Positions 50,951-64,000 of a DNA stretch of 64,000 nt are shown piece by piece. The stretch comes from Blasia pusilla (taxonomy: Eukaryota): contig CM114271.1 of NCBI GenBank assembly GCA_050084515.1, forward strand, positions 21,762,001-21,826,000, given 5' to 3'. The position numbers and the translations under genes are program-made. Numbering within the stretch: position 1 is the stretch's first letter; each line of letters opens with the position of its first letter. The notes beneath the pieces were generated by a model. The model searched no databases. It was not told the origin of the DNA and was given only the letters and a program-made list of their open reading frames with translations.

Positions 50951-51359
50951 TTTGCACAATAGGGATTACAAAAGGCAATGTCAACGCAATGACTTCATCA
51001 TAATACTCTTAACCAAACTTTCTCACCATAACTCTCTATATACTATCTTGGATTGACAAACCATATGGATAATACATCGAGTATTAAAAGACACGTGTGG
51101 GGGCATATTCAAATCCATTCACCATATCCAGTTTAAAAATATATATATAAATAGTGCAATCCCACACACAATCATATGGAATAATTGGGAGGATCACCTG
51201 GAAGTGAGACTCCATCACTTGTGTCAAGAAAAGTTTTCTAAAGTGATATACGAGGTATCTTGTAAACTAGTGTTTATCTACATACAAGAGTTCGATGGTG
51301 AACAAATTTAAAATTGGAAAATTAGGAATCACTCTCGCTCTCCTTCTATCCGTTACTTG

Positions 51360-51825
51360 TAACACAACCCCAAAGCAGCTTCGATGGCATGATACTTTGA
51401 TGTTGATGAATATGGAGCTAATCCACAATCCGGGGAAAGACAATGTCATTCCATATACGTTAAGTCGTAGGGATGAGCAAATGCCATCGACGACACAAGT
51501 GTTGAGAGCAATGTTCCCTAATGAAACATAACTGGAAAGATGGATTCGTAAAGGATACATGAAGGATGCGCAAGCGAGGAATACCCTGGGAAGTTGAAGC
51601 GGGGCGAGAAGGTGGCCAATCTATGTTTGAGACACGACTTGCTAAGGTTTAAGCAAAGTAGGATCTATGTAGGCCAAGGCAAGCTACGGACCAAGGTGTT
51701 CGTGGAATGTCATGATGGACCTTTGGTAGGACACAAAGGGGAGAAATCCACTCTTGTTGTTTTGGCCAAGAGGTTCTTTTGGCCCAACATGAAGGAAGAT
51801 ATTGCTCAATATGTGAAAACCATTT
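51360..51825 (+). mobile_element. Gypsy family C fragment (RNase H linker and integrase zinc-binding domain)
   Basis: TPKQLRWHDTL...ECHDGPLVGHKGEKST...FFWPNMKEDIAQYVKT, matching 57090-57546. Confidence 0.9.
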
Positions 51826-53822
51826 CCACAAGAGTCCAGCAATAGATCAAAGGCTCCTCTAGAGCTGATTCATGCTGACCTCTGTGGTAAAATGAGAACA
51901 GTGGCATTAGATGGTTCTTCCTACTTCTTTTTAGTTGTCGTTGATTATAGTAGGAAGATGTGGGTGTATTTCCTTCGTGATAAGGCAAGTGCTTTTGGAA
52001 AATTTAAAGTATGGCATAAGTTGGTTGAGAATGAGATATGAAAGAAGGTACAGAAGCTTCGCAGCGATCAAGGAAGAGAATTCAAAAAATATTTGGGGGA
52101 GCATGGAATCAAGCGACAGTTTACTACAATACATACACCACAATAAAATGGAGTTGTTGAGAGTCAAAACCGTACAGTGGTGGAGATGGCAGGATGTATG
52201 ATGCAAGCAAAAGGTTTGACAGAAGGATTTTGGGTTGAATCTGTTAATATTGCCGTTTACATTCTAAATAGAAGTGCTACCAAGTCAGTGCAAGGCATGA
52301 CTCCTCATCAATCATATTGAGGTAAGGTAACATCAGTCTAACATTTCAAGACTTTTGGTAGTGAGTGCTTTGTACATATTTCTGAAGCATCCATGACCAA
52401 GCTGGATTCCAAGAGTAGGAAAATGCATCTTTATGGGATACAGTGATGAGTCTAAAGCTTATTGCCTATGGTATCCTAAGGCAAAGGAGATACTTGTGAG
52501 TCGTGATGTGGTGTTCCAAGAACAACCTTGTCAAGTGGCGGATATCAGTGGTCCGTCCACATTATCATCAAACAAAGAGATAACCCACCTGAGCACACCA
52601 CCAATATTACACCAGATCATCAAGAAGAAGATTTTGGTGATGATTACAAAGAGCAACCTCCTCTTCCACTACGGTCGTCATACCCTAAGTGGATAAAGTA
52701 GCTCTGGGATGGTAAGGATCCACTAGCAACCGATGAAGTTGTTAGACATCCAAGGAGATCCAAGAGACTAGAGGAGCAGAAAATAGCTTCCGCACATCTC
52801 ATCAACATGGCCTTGATGACATAGGTCTTGAAGGTGAAAGAGCCATCATGCTTGGATGAGGCCCTTGCTCATCCTCAATGGAGAGAGGCCATGCAGATGG
52901 AGATGGACGCTATTTAAAGAAATGAAACTTGAACTTTGGTTGAGAAGCCAAAGGATAGGAAGATAATACACACCAAGTGGGTGTACAAGACCAAGTATAA
53001 GTCGGACGGTACATTGGATAAATTCAAAGCGAGATTGGTTGCACAATGATGTTCACAAATTAAAAGTTTTGACTACTATGAGACTTTTGCTCCTACTGCA
53101 AGGATGACATCCATTCGAATTGTTCTAGCGGTGGCATGAAAAAGATGTTGGTCTGTATGCCAATACGATGTGAAGTCTGCCTTTCTGAACGGGAGTCTCA
53201 AGGAGGAGGTGTATGTATCTAAATCACCAAGTTTTGAGACACGTGGATAAGAAGAGAAAGTGTGTTTTCTTCATCAAGCATTGTATGGATTGAAGCAAGC
53301 CCCAAGGGTATGGTATCAACGAATAGATACATTCTTCCAAGAGAAGGGTCTCATCAAAAGTCTGTTAATAGCAAATTTGTGTGGGATGGGATATATATGT
53401 TGATAGTCCTGTATATGGATGATTTAATCATCATAGGAGACCACAGTAAGAAAATAGAGGAAATGAAGGGAGTGTTGAAATCTGAGTTTGAAATGTTAGA
53501 TTTAGGTCTTTTCCACTACTTTATTGCGCTAAAGATTTGGCAACAGTCAGATTCTATTTCTCTCTCTCAGCAAAAGTATGCTAGAGAAATCTTGAAGGCA
53601 TTTGGGATGACCGAATGTAAGGGAGTGGTTTCGCCAATGGAGATAGAATTGAAACTCTCAATGGAGGATGTTTCACTAGTGGTAGATGAAAAGTTGTACA
53701 AAAAGCTTGTAGGTAGTTTGATATTTTTGTGTAACACTAGACCAGACATTAGCTTCATTGTGGGAGTGTTCAATAGAATCTCAACTAAGCCTTGTGAGAA
53801 TCATGGGAAGGTAGGGATGCGT
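51826..53822 (+). mobile_element. Decayed Ty1/Copia pol (integrase and RT)
   Basis: PLELIHADLCG, DYSRKMWVYF, GYSDESKAY, VSRDVVF, KWVYKTK, DVKSAFLNG, LYGLKQAP, LYMDDLII, TRPDISF, in Copia integrase-then-RT order. Confidence 0.92.
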
Positions 53823-54224
53823 TGTCGTGTCGAGAGCCTTTCTTCGAGTAAGGGCAAGCCTTCTAGCTACGGTAGACGTGATCGATGCAAGGTGAACTCT
53901 CCAAGAAGTTCTCATTTTTCAATACAAAATTATTATGTATACTCTTCATTCTCTCACAACACGTATAAAAAATGGAAGTGTCGAGGCGATCACTTCTTCG
54001 TAATATTGGAGCCCGAAATTCCTATCTATAAAATCCTATAAATTACTTTATGCTTGTACACGAGGAAGATAGCACAACTAGTGTTAAAGCCTACTTGAGC
54101 AGGCCTATTGACGTCCATGGATTGCTATGTAAGGACATACAAAGTACAATCCCATGTCCTTCCATATGTGATGATAGGAAGAATCACCGGAGTTGGAGAT
54201 TGCATGACCTGGTTCATGAACGTC
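53823..54224 (-). mobile_element. LTR family D fragment inserted in the Copia RT and itself interrupted by Gypsy C
   Basis: Reverse complement of 13745-14140; the terminus lies at the point where Copia RT homology stops. Confidence 0.85.
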
Positions 54225-57200
54225 TGTCGCGCCCCTACTCTCCTTGAACGTCAATCTTTAGTATTGTGGAAGCGTACATTCAGTAGGACACGATCTCATC
54301 GCCGATCTGTACCCAAACACACACTCTCGTTAGTCGGGTCCGGGCCAACCAGCGTTCCAACCCACCGAGTTCTCACTCGGCGTCTCATCAAGCTCAACCT
54401 TCCTTAATTCCTAGTTTCCAAAACATGGCAAGTCCTTCAAGACTTGGAACAGACTTCCTGGTTAGTCCGAGGGGATCAAACGCACACTTGGCGCCTAGCA
54501 ATCCCAACTATTCAACGGACCTCGTGTGAGTTCCAAACAGAGACCCAAGTAATTGAGTCGCGGGATGAAATCCAAGAGGGATGTCTAAAATCGCCTCAAT
54601 AGACTTGGTGCAGGTTTTCCAACCCAACCCCCAAACTCGCGTTCCGTTCCATGCCCTTGAGCCGCCCCGTGGCGCCCAAAGTGGGGTTCGAGTTCCAAGC
54701 ACTTTCGGAGACCTTCCCCCTTACTAGTACTTCTGGGGTTCTCCAATAACACCCCCCCCTTTGGAAAAGGAGGGTCGGGCCCTTCATCGTGGCCCTCAAC
54801 CTGACTCTACTTACAGTCGTTTCCGGGTTGTTTCTCAGCCGCTGCTTATGCGTTTGTAGAGATCTTTAGTGCGTTTGAACTGGCTTTCCATAAGCCTTCC
54901 AAGGCACCCTTTTTCAATCCAAACGCATCTTGGCGCTAAAATTTATGGTTATAAATACAGTCGAAAACTCTCAAACGCTAGTGGCGTTCCAAATCCGGAT
55001 TCTTCCTTTGGCAACCCACTTTCTAGACTCGACTCCTTTCAAGTCTTATTCCGTGTTTGGTCTAGGTTTCTCGGTCGCGACCACAACATCTGAAACGCGA
55101 AGCCTCGCTTGCGTCTCGTCTCTTGTCTCTTCTTCGAGACTACTCCAATGCGCAAACCATCTTAGCGTGAGTCCGCTAATGTTCCGATGTTCCGCTTGGC
55201 ACTCGTTTGGTCATGAGGGTTGCAACACTCACCCCTCTTTAGAGATTGATGCCCTCATCAACGTAAACCTTGGTTACGTCAAGTCTCTTGGGCAGCCTAC
55301 CCCTTGATATTGAATTGCGTTCTGGTGGCTAACCCGCAATTCCTCTTAGTCTACAGTTGTCGCTTTGCACCACTTAGAATTATTAGCCTCTCCTCTTTGA
55401 TAAGCTTGGACTCGTTCCAAAGAACTAACCTATCAAATAAGCTAACTAAATCTGCAACCTTAGACTCTTCTGGCCCATTCCTGTAAACATCACACCTGTT
55501 TCTCTGGTCTACAAATCGTACTACTATCGGGTTGCTCTCGTATTCAACTTAGGCGCGTCACTAAGTTTACTCATGTAGCCACAAGTAAGATCACCCCAAG
55601 CCCCAAGACAAACTTTATCTACCCCGCCGACGCTAGGGCGAGCCCGAGTGTAATCCAACACAAGGTCCTGTTCTAGGTGCTTATCCACATACGAGCTCTC
55701 ACCTCAAATACTCCTTGTCTGTCCTCTTGACTTACATCCTAAGCCTACGATGAACGACTCATAGCCATGCACTACCACATACAAATTGCAATCAACTCTG
55801 GCATCGAATCTCCAAATCCATACACTCCTTTATTGCAACACTAGCATATTCTAGTTACAATGGCCTTCGGCCCAAGATTCCAATGGTTACAAGTCATGTC
55901 TCTAGCTTCTCCTTGTACTAACGTATGTGCTTCACTTGCGTTCGCTTGAAGTCTCGCAACAACTCTTGCGCGTTTTCCAAATCCGCCTCCGCAATCCAAG
56001 TTGCCTCCATCACATGGTAGCCCTTCCATTTAACCAAGTATTCATACTTGTTGGCTTGACGCCTCGAATGTAAGATGGTCTCCACCTCAAACTCCGGCTC
56101 TTTATTTATGATCATCAGGTGCGGCCTCACCACCCGTCTCTGCTCGAAACGTCCATTATCTTGAAGATATTTCTTCAACAATGACACATGAAAGGTCGGG
56201 TGAATCTTGAACTCGATCGGCAGCCCCAAAGTATACACATCCTCAAACGGGTTTGCCACAATCACGTACGGTCTAGCATACTTGGCAGACAGCTTTGCAG
56301 ACAACTCTTTCGGAAGAGTGAGATTCTTCACACTCAACCACACTTGATCTCCAACTTGGAATCGTACTTGGCGCCGACTCTTGTTAGCATGCTTAACATA
56401 CCTCATTTGAGCCTTTGCAAGACTTCGCCTTGCTCGCTCTTCCCGTTCTTGCATCTCTACCAACAAACCTTCTACCGTCGCTTGTCGTATTTGTGCCAAT
56501 GTAGTACCCTTCGAAAGGGCTAGGTCAAGAGGCCCTTTTGGCTCTCGTCCATTTTCCAAGAGAAACGGAGATTTTCCAGTTGCAGAATGCTTGGTCGAGT
56601 TGTAGTAGTACTCCGCCATGCTCACCCACTTGACCCAATCTTGTTGATCAGCACTGACATAATTCCTTAAGTACTGATTCACGATTGAGTTTACCTTTTC
56701 AGTCTGTCCATCCGTCTGTGGATGGAAAGCCGTACTGAAACTCAGCTTGGTCTTAAACCTCCTGAACAAGTGCTTCCAAAAAGCACTGGTAAACTTTGGA
56801 TCTCGATCTCAAAAAATGCTCCTCGGCAAACCGTGAGCATGCCACCAGCTATCGAGAAAGAGTTGCGACGTCGTATAAGCTGTTGCGGAATCCATCGTCG
56901 GCACGAATCTTGCCAACTTGCTAAACCGATCAACAATCACAAGTATAGCGTTGTATCCCTTAGATTTCGGAAGACTCGTGATGAAATCCATACTCACACT
57001 TTGCAAGGGTCCTTCTGGGATCGGCAAGGGATGCAACAAGCCTTGTTTCTTATCGAAAGAAACTCTATTTGCTTGGCAGGACACACAGGTCTTCACATAT
57101 TGAGCAACATCCTCTTTCATGTTGGGCCAAAAGAACCGCTTCGACAGAACAGCCAGCGTAGATTTCTCTCCTTTATGTCTTGCCAAGGGTCCGTCGTGAC

Positions 57201-60200
57201 ACTCCGCTAACAATTTGGTTCGCATTCTGCCTTGCCCTACATAGATTCTACTCTGCTTGAACCTTAGTAAACCGTGCCCCAAATTTATGTTGGCCATCTT
57301 CTCACCCTGCTTCAACTTCCTCAGGTACTCCCCTACATGAGCATCCTTCATATATCCTTCACGAATCCTTCTTTCCAAGTGTGTTTCTTTAGGGAACATT
57401 GCTCTCAAGACCTGTGTCGTCGATGGCATGTGTTCCTCCTTGCGACTCAACGCATTTGGAATCACATTATCTTTACATGGCTTGTGAATCAACTCAATAT
57501 CCATCAGCGCCAAGGTATCATGCCATCGCAGTTGTTTCGGTGTCACTCGATCCTAGGTCTCAAAATATATTATCGGTGAATACTCGAGTCCTGTGGAGCC
57601 CTAGATAATGCCGCCACTTCCTCAAGCAATGTACCACCGCAAACAACTCTTTCTCGTGAGTGGGCCATCTCCTTTTAGTATCGCTAAGCTTCTTGCTCTC
57701 GTACGTTACAGGTCTCCCTTCTTGCACCAACATTCCTGCAACCGCGAAATCACTAGCATCGGTATGCACTTCGAACGGTTTGTCAAACTCCGGCAACTTC
57801 AATACTGGTTCTTGCGATAGAATCTGCTTCACTCAGCTGAATGCCTCATTAACTTCGTGGGTCCAAGTCATGTTTGCAAACTTTGTTGTCCAATCCGTGA
57901 GAGGTCTCATAATTCCCGAAAAGTTTTTCACATAAGTGCGATAGAACTGCACCGCACCTATGAACCTCCTCATCCCCTTTACAGTGGATGGGGGTTCCCA
58001 CTCGACAATCGCTTTCACCTTCTCCATGTCCGTACTAACGCCATCTGCACTAATCACGTGACCCAAGAATTTGATTTTGCTCAAACCAAATTTGCTCTAC
58101 TCTACATTCGCATACAGCTGATTTGCCCTTAGCTTAGACAAGACCACTCTCACATGTCGAACGTGCTCCTCTAGTGACTTCGAATAGATAAGTATGTCAT
58201 CAATATAGATGATAACATACTCATCAATTTCCTTGTGAAAAATGGAGTTCATCAATGTGGTGAACGTCGGAGGCGCGTAACATAGACCGGAAGGCATCAC
58301 TACAAACTCAAAGGAACCGTATCTTGTCCTACACGCAGTCTTCTCCACATCTGCCTCGGCAATCTGGATCTGGTAATATCCTGACTTCAAGTCAATCCTA
58401 CTGAAATATCTCGCGCTTGCCAGCTTATCGAAGAGATCATCTATCCTCGGAAGAGGATAATTGTTCCGAACCGTCACTTTATTCAACGCACGGTAATCAA
58501 CACACAACCTCATCTTTCCATCCTTCTTCTTTACAAAAAGAACATGTGCTCCATAAGATGACTTTCTTGACATCCTAATGTAATGCTTTTGAAGGCGGTT
58601 GGGAACCAGGTATGATCTCTATCTTATGATCGACGGCTCTATGTGGCGGAAATTCAGTCGGAAGCTCATTTGTCAAGACATCCTCAAACTCCTTGACCAC
58701 TTCCTAGAGTGGTTCTAGGATTCCCCTTGAAGCAGTGTCCTGATCTCTGCTTATTCTGCTTGTAGCCTCCTCCACTTGTCTCATCAAGCAGAGAAACCAT
58801 CCTCCAACTCGGTCATGCTCCTCCTTGTAATCGAGTTCACTAACTCCTTTTTCGCTGGAACCTCATGGACCAACCGCACCTGTAACCGTTTGCCTTTTAG
58901 CAAGACGCTCAACCTCAAGGGTCTACGTCTTAACTCCACCTCATACGCATCTAGGAATGTATTCCCCAAGACTCCCTCAATGCCATCCATTTTGCACAGA
59001 ATGAAATTCTCCTTCAACTCGAATACCCCACATCCTACGGTCAAACCCAAGACCAATTCAGAAGTCCGATGAGACTTGCCTCTTGCAAATCCTACTCAAA
59101 TGGGCTCATCCGCCTTGGAGATAGACAACCCCAGTTCCTTCATGATTCTCGGGCTTAGGAAGGAGTGCGAAGCACCTGTATCCACGAGCAACAACACATC
59201 GTGATCAACAATCTTGGATCTTAGGTACACCAAATTGTGCGTCCTTTTGGTGACCTGAAGGGACGTCTCGAGATCACCCGCCGACAGATGCTTAGCAGCA
59301 AACGTAATCATACTCCCATTACTAACCTTTGGTTTTGAACACACTTTCGCCAGGTGCCCCGGTTCGCCATAGTTGTAGCATATGACCTTGCCGTTTCCTG
59401 ACTTCGAGTGTTGTCCTCCTCTCGGCTTCGCATGAAGTTCCACTCGTTTTGCTGCCGGGGCAGACGACTTCTCCTGGATCATGCTGGCCCCCACTCCAGA
59501 CTCTTTTGAACGACTCCTTAGTTTTCGACTTCTTCGAAAAACCTTTTGGCTCAAAGGGTTTCTGGGTTTGGACCTCATTGTCCCCAATCCGCTCTGCTAG
59601 CTTCAGAAGATCCGCGTAGGTATCTGGCAACGTCGGCATTCGATAAAGGGCCTTTTCAGCGCTCGGCTTGAGTCCACTAATGAAGATAGCCTTCTTCGCG
59701 TGCTCATCCATCTTTGGAAGAGAAGTCAGTTTTGCACTAAACTCCCTCACATACGCGCTTAACGAACCACTCTGCCGCATCCGCACGCATTCCACCGTGT
59801 CGCGCAACCCTTGGTACTCCCGAGTGAATCGATCCCCAATCAATACCTTAAACTCCTCCCAACTCAGAGGTGACTCGCCGACGAGATATTCCTCTCGTTG
59901 AGCTGTCCACCATTGTAGCGCATGATCCTTCAGGAAAGTAACGGCGACCATCACCTTGTCCTGCTCAACTGCCCTCTGCGCCTCGAAGTACAATTCCAGT
60001 TCCGTAAGGAAATCCTTCACTTTCATGAGCGCCCACCCTGATGAATGGCGTGGCAGGTTTGTCTTCTTGAGCTTTTTGTTCGCACCGGAGTTTGGGTGGC
60101 CTCTAACTCGCAATCCGCTTGCTTTTTGGGACATCTGCTCCACTGTGACTTCAACAAGTCCAACGTCTGGCTTGACTCGGTCGGCTCCCCTGAGTTTGGG

Positions 60201-61322
60201 CCCGATGGCCCCGCGAAAGGATTCGCCTCTGGAATGTCCTCACGACTGGCGTTCAGCTCTTCGGGAGTCTCTGTCTCCTCCATAGCTTCACGGTCCGTCA
60301 TTGGTTCCTCTCTTGGTTCACGTCGTTTGATTCAGCGCTTCTTGGGTTGTTCTCCCTCGATCGCCATTTTCAAGCCAACTCACTCAGATCTCCTCCTCGT
60401 TTCTTGCGTCCCTCCTCGAGCGTCTGAGTCTAGCCGCTACCTTGAGTTTTCCCAAGCGTCCGGTTGATCCCACCACCCCAAGTTCTCACTCACCAAGGAT
60501 TAGCTCTGATACCACTTGTCGCGCCCCTACTCTCCTTGAACGTCAATCTTTAGTGTTGCGGAAGCGTACGTTCAGTAGGGCACAATCTCATCGCCGATCT
60601 GCATCCAAACACGCACTCTCGTTAGTCGAGTCGAGGCCAACCAGCGTTCCAACCCACCGAGTTCTCACTCGGCGTCTCATCAAGCTCAACCTTCCTTAAT
60701 TCCTAGTTTCCAAAACATGGCAAGTCCTTCAAGACTTGGAACAGACTTCTTGGTTAGTCCAGGGATCTGAAACGGCACTTGCGCGCCTAGCAATCCCAAC
60801 TGTTCAATGGACCTCGTGTGAGTTCCAAACAGAGACCCAAGTAATTGAGTCGCGGGATGAAATCCAAGAGGGATGTCTAAAATCGCCTCAATAGACTTGG
60901 TGCAGGTTTTCCAACCCAACCCCCAAACTCGCGTTCCGTTCCATGCCCTTGAGCCGCCCCGTGGCGCCCAAAGTGGGGTTCAAGTTTCAAGCACTCTCGG
61001 AGACCTTCCCCCTTACTAGTACTTCTGGGGTTCTCCAATAACACCCCCCCCCTTGGAAAAGGAGGGTCGGGCCCTTCATTGTGGCCCTCAACCCGACTCT
61101 ACTTACAGTCGTTTCCGGGTTGTTTCTCAGCCGCTTCTTATGCGTTTGCACAGATCTTTAGTGCGTTTGAACCAGCTTTCCATAAGCCTTCCAAGGCACC
61201 CTTTTTTAATCCAAACGCATCTTGGCGCTAAAATTTATGGTTATAAATACAGTCGGAAACTCTCAAAGGCTAGTGGTGTTCCAAATCCGGATTCTTCCTT
61301 TGGCAACCCACTTTCTAGACTC
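54225..61322 (-). mobile_element. Near-complete chromovirus-type Ty3/Gypsy element (family C)
   Basis: 3' LTR 54225-55227 (TGTTGC...GCGACA on the minus strand); PPT aaagaggggtgag 55228-55240; iMet PBS 60503-60514; 5' LTR 60517-61322 lacking about 200 bp. LTRs roughly 95% alike by eye. Confidence 0.95.
55918..60301 (-). pseudogene. Gypsy gag-pol with C-terminal chromodomain (several frameshifts and stops, short deletion before RT)
   Basis: gag (FLKDHALQWW), knuckle CYNYGEPGHLAKVC, protease [21 protein letters not shown], RNase H TDASDFA, integrase HPQTDGQTE, chromodomain FEVETILHSR...YLVKWKGY...TW. Confidence 0.93.
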
Positions 61323-61450
61323 AAGGATCGTTAAACACTAAAGAAATAGATGAAATGTACCTAAAGATCTATGGAGCACAAGTTACTAAGTTGGTTTTTG
61401 AAACTAAGATTATCGCTAACCTCACTTCTTGGGTCTACGCCAAAGGAGAT

Positions 61451-62286
61451 CAGAACTTCCGTTCCGATTGCCCTCACTATCCTCTCCACCTCCTTCTAGA
61501 GAGAACCAAACCCAACTAAGGAGCGGAATGGGAACTAGAGTGCCGATTGCCTCCTTCCTATCCTCTCCATTTCTATGTAGAGAAGACCCATAACTGAAGA
61601 GCGGAATTGGAACTGAAGTTCCAATTGCCTCCTCACTTCACTTCCCTACGCCGCCGTATTATGCCACGCCGTAGTAGTCAACTGTAGTTGAGATGCTCCA
61701 CTATTCTCCAACCGAGATAGGATTGGAACTTGAGTTCCAAATCCTCCTTGCTCCCCTGTCACTCCCGCCACGTCGTCGAGATGACTACCATACAGTTGAA
61801 CCATGTCTTGGCTCAACTGTGCTTGAATTGGAAATTGAGTTCCAAATCTCCTTTTGCAGCTCCTTGTCACCCTTGCCGTGTTGTGCCGTGCCCTTCAGAT
61901 AACTTGGCCCTTGCAGCAGAATGAGAACTTAAGTTCCGATTCCCACTTTGTCGCTCTGCTCCGAACTGGTTCTTGGGAGGGCCCTTCTGAATCAGAATTT
62001 CAGTTCTCATGCCTCCCTCAACTCCACCGACTCTATGGATAGCAGTCCTAGCTATACTCTAGTAACGGCTCCAACCTAGTGGCACTAGCTCCTCCACACT
62101 AGCGGCACCCCAAACATTTCCAACCTCTAACTGAGGGAAAGTTGTACCATGTCACCTCTTCCTTGCCTTGAACCACGTTCACTCACAAGGGGTATCAGAA
62201 CTTCAGTTCCGATTGAATGAAGAGCTCTCCTCCTCCTCACTCCTTCTCACTTTCCAACCGAGGGCTATCAGAACTTAAGTTTTGAT
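61451..62286. repeat. Dispersed array of about 9 copies of a short palindromic motif GAACT-N-(A/C/G)AGTTC(CGATT)
   Basis: Copies near 61452, 61531, 61609, 61725, 61831, 61924, 61993, 62197 and 62270; the first three lie in about 79-bp tandem units. Confidence 0.7.
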
Positions 62287-64000
62287 GCCTCACACAACAT
62301 CTTCAATGTTGCTCTCCTGCCTTTTCACATCGGTGATCCGCTCAACTTAGAGAATCCATGCGACTATATGGAATCTTTTTGGAATATTTCTCAAATGAGC
62401 TTTGTTTTTGGTCTCGTTTTCACAATTGGACTCAAATTTTTGTGATCTTTCCAATGGCGGTTTCAACTCTCGTAAAATCCTGCACAATCAACACCATTGT
62501 GCCCTCCTTAATTCCATTCTTGCTTGATTATCGTCTTGCCCAACATTCATCCGATTTGGTCCAAAATCAAGCACCCCTCACTCAAATCAGCAACGAAGTG
62601 CCCAGGCACTTGCTGACTTGCCCACACTCAATCACGTCATGATTGACACTGATTTCCTCACCATAATTGTCTCAAGAACTCCTTCCCTACAATCTGATCC
62701 TCAATTGCTCCACTCTTGAGCAACTCCACCAAGATTGAGAAGCCTCCCCCTCTTCAAATCTTGTCAAATCTGTCGCATCGCACAGATTTCTCAATTTTGA
62801 ACATCTGACTTTGATTTCAACAATTATTTTTCCCCATGTCCTCCCACATGGTCAAGATACACTAGCTTGCAATTCTTGCAAACCCCACAATACCACAATT
62901 GTGCTCTACACCACAAATTGAGTCCCACGTTCTCTTCTATTGAGAACCAGTGTGCATCTCCTTAGGATATAAAGTTGAATATGCATTGTAGGCTCGGATG
63001 AAATGTGCAATCAACCCTCGGTCATCCAAAAAGCCATGTTCATGAAGCAGATACACATTGTTGTAACAGTAAGAGAAAGTGTACACAAAGACTCTCAAAA
63101 GATGTGTGATCTTTCTTATTGATTGCTCCTAGCCCACTCTTTAAAAGAGAATCTAGGCTCAATACATGCAAGCTGCATTGTATCACGGATCCCAACACGG
63201 GTGTGTAATCCTAAGGAGATGAGCTCCAAATGAGCTTTATCCGAGGTATACCGCCCTTTGGGCACCTCCATGGGTGACCTATACACACAGATTACCTCCC
63301 TTCTACCAAGTCACTACCAACTTGTAATACACATATACTAGCTTCCTAACAACTACACATGTGGTCCCGTCATGAGACCAACTATCAACTAACCAACGAC
63401 CCTATAGGTCCAAGTGGAGCCATACATGGCTGGGAAGGTCAACCTCTCCAAGGTTGCCACTCCTCATAAAGGGAAGGATGACCTACACTCGTAGGTCACC
63501 TCCTAAGAGCAGGTCATATATGACCTCTCAAAATAGGGAAGTACAAGACCCTCGATACTATCTCCCCCTACACCTCATCTACCATGACCTATCCCTATTG
63601 GAAATCCAAGGCGCTTAGTGCCTACACCCTTGAAGGCGTTTCCCGTTGTGAAGAAAGGTGGTTCTCAGTACATTGAATACTTTGATAAGATGGAAAGCAA
63701 GTCTTTTGGAAGCAAAAAGGTGGAGTTCCAACAATGAGCGCAGTAGTGGAGGAAGACGATTGAGGAATTGGACCGAGTGTTTCCTCATGGAAACCTTGAC
63801 GAAAAGGTACAAAACATGTGATTGAATCATAAGGCAACAAGAAATAAAGACTCGAGTACCAATAATAGGAGAATTTTGATAGCCCATCACATCACTTCAT
63901 CGTTCTCTCAGACATTGGAGAATTTTTGGCCTGTAACCAAACAAAACATTCAAGTTCCTATTATCTTTGGAAGTGGAATTCTTCATAATCGAGGTAACTA

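Noticed and set aside
61451..62286. CRISPR-like array
   Set aside because: Repeats are short and degenerate, spacing is irregular, some spacers resemble each other, no cas genes are present and the context is eukaryotic.

Overview
Eukaryotic, transposon-dominated land-plant DNA. A non-seed plant such as a bryophyte is inferred from the element families and gene content, not proven. Two intact host genes sit in small CpG-retaining islands: a spliced three-finger RanBP2-type zinc-finger, Gly-rich protein (CDS 29693-30649, +) and an intronless, probably plastid-targeted membrane protein whose C-terminal domain resembles a small cyanobacterial protein (46346-46948, -). The 3' end of a possible SWIM-finger ORF starts the window. 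The rest is nested, decayed mobile DNA: three copies of one Copia family (one internally deleted with a GGAAG TSD inside a CACTA transposase), at least three Gypsy families including a near-complete chromovirus (54225-61322), a CACTA transposase, a probable tRNA-derived SINE, a MITE-like repeat and microsatellites. Most notable are two divergent CRE-clade non-LTR retrotransposons (zinc finger + RT + restriction-like endonuclease). Several short, near-perfect inverted repeats lie at or near rearrangement junctions. I found no prokaryote-type system, CRISPR array, rRNA or tRNA gene. Identities are estimated by eye.
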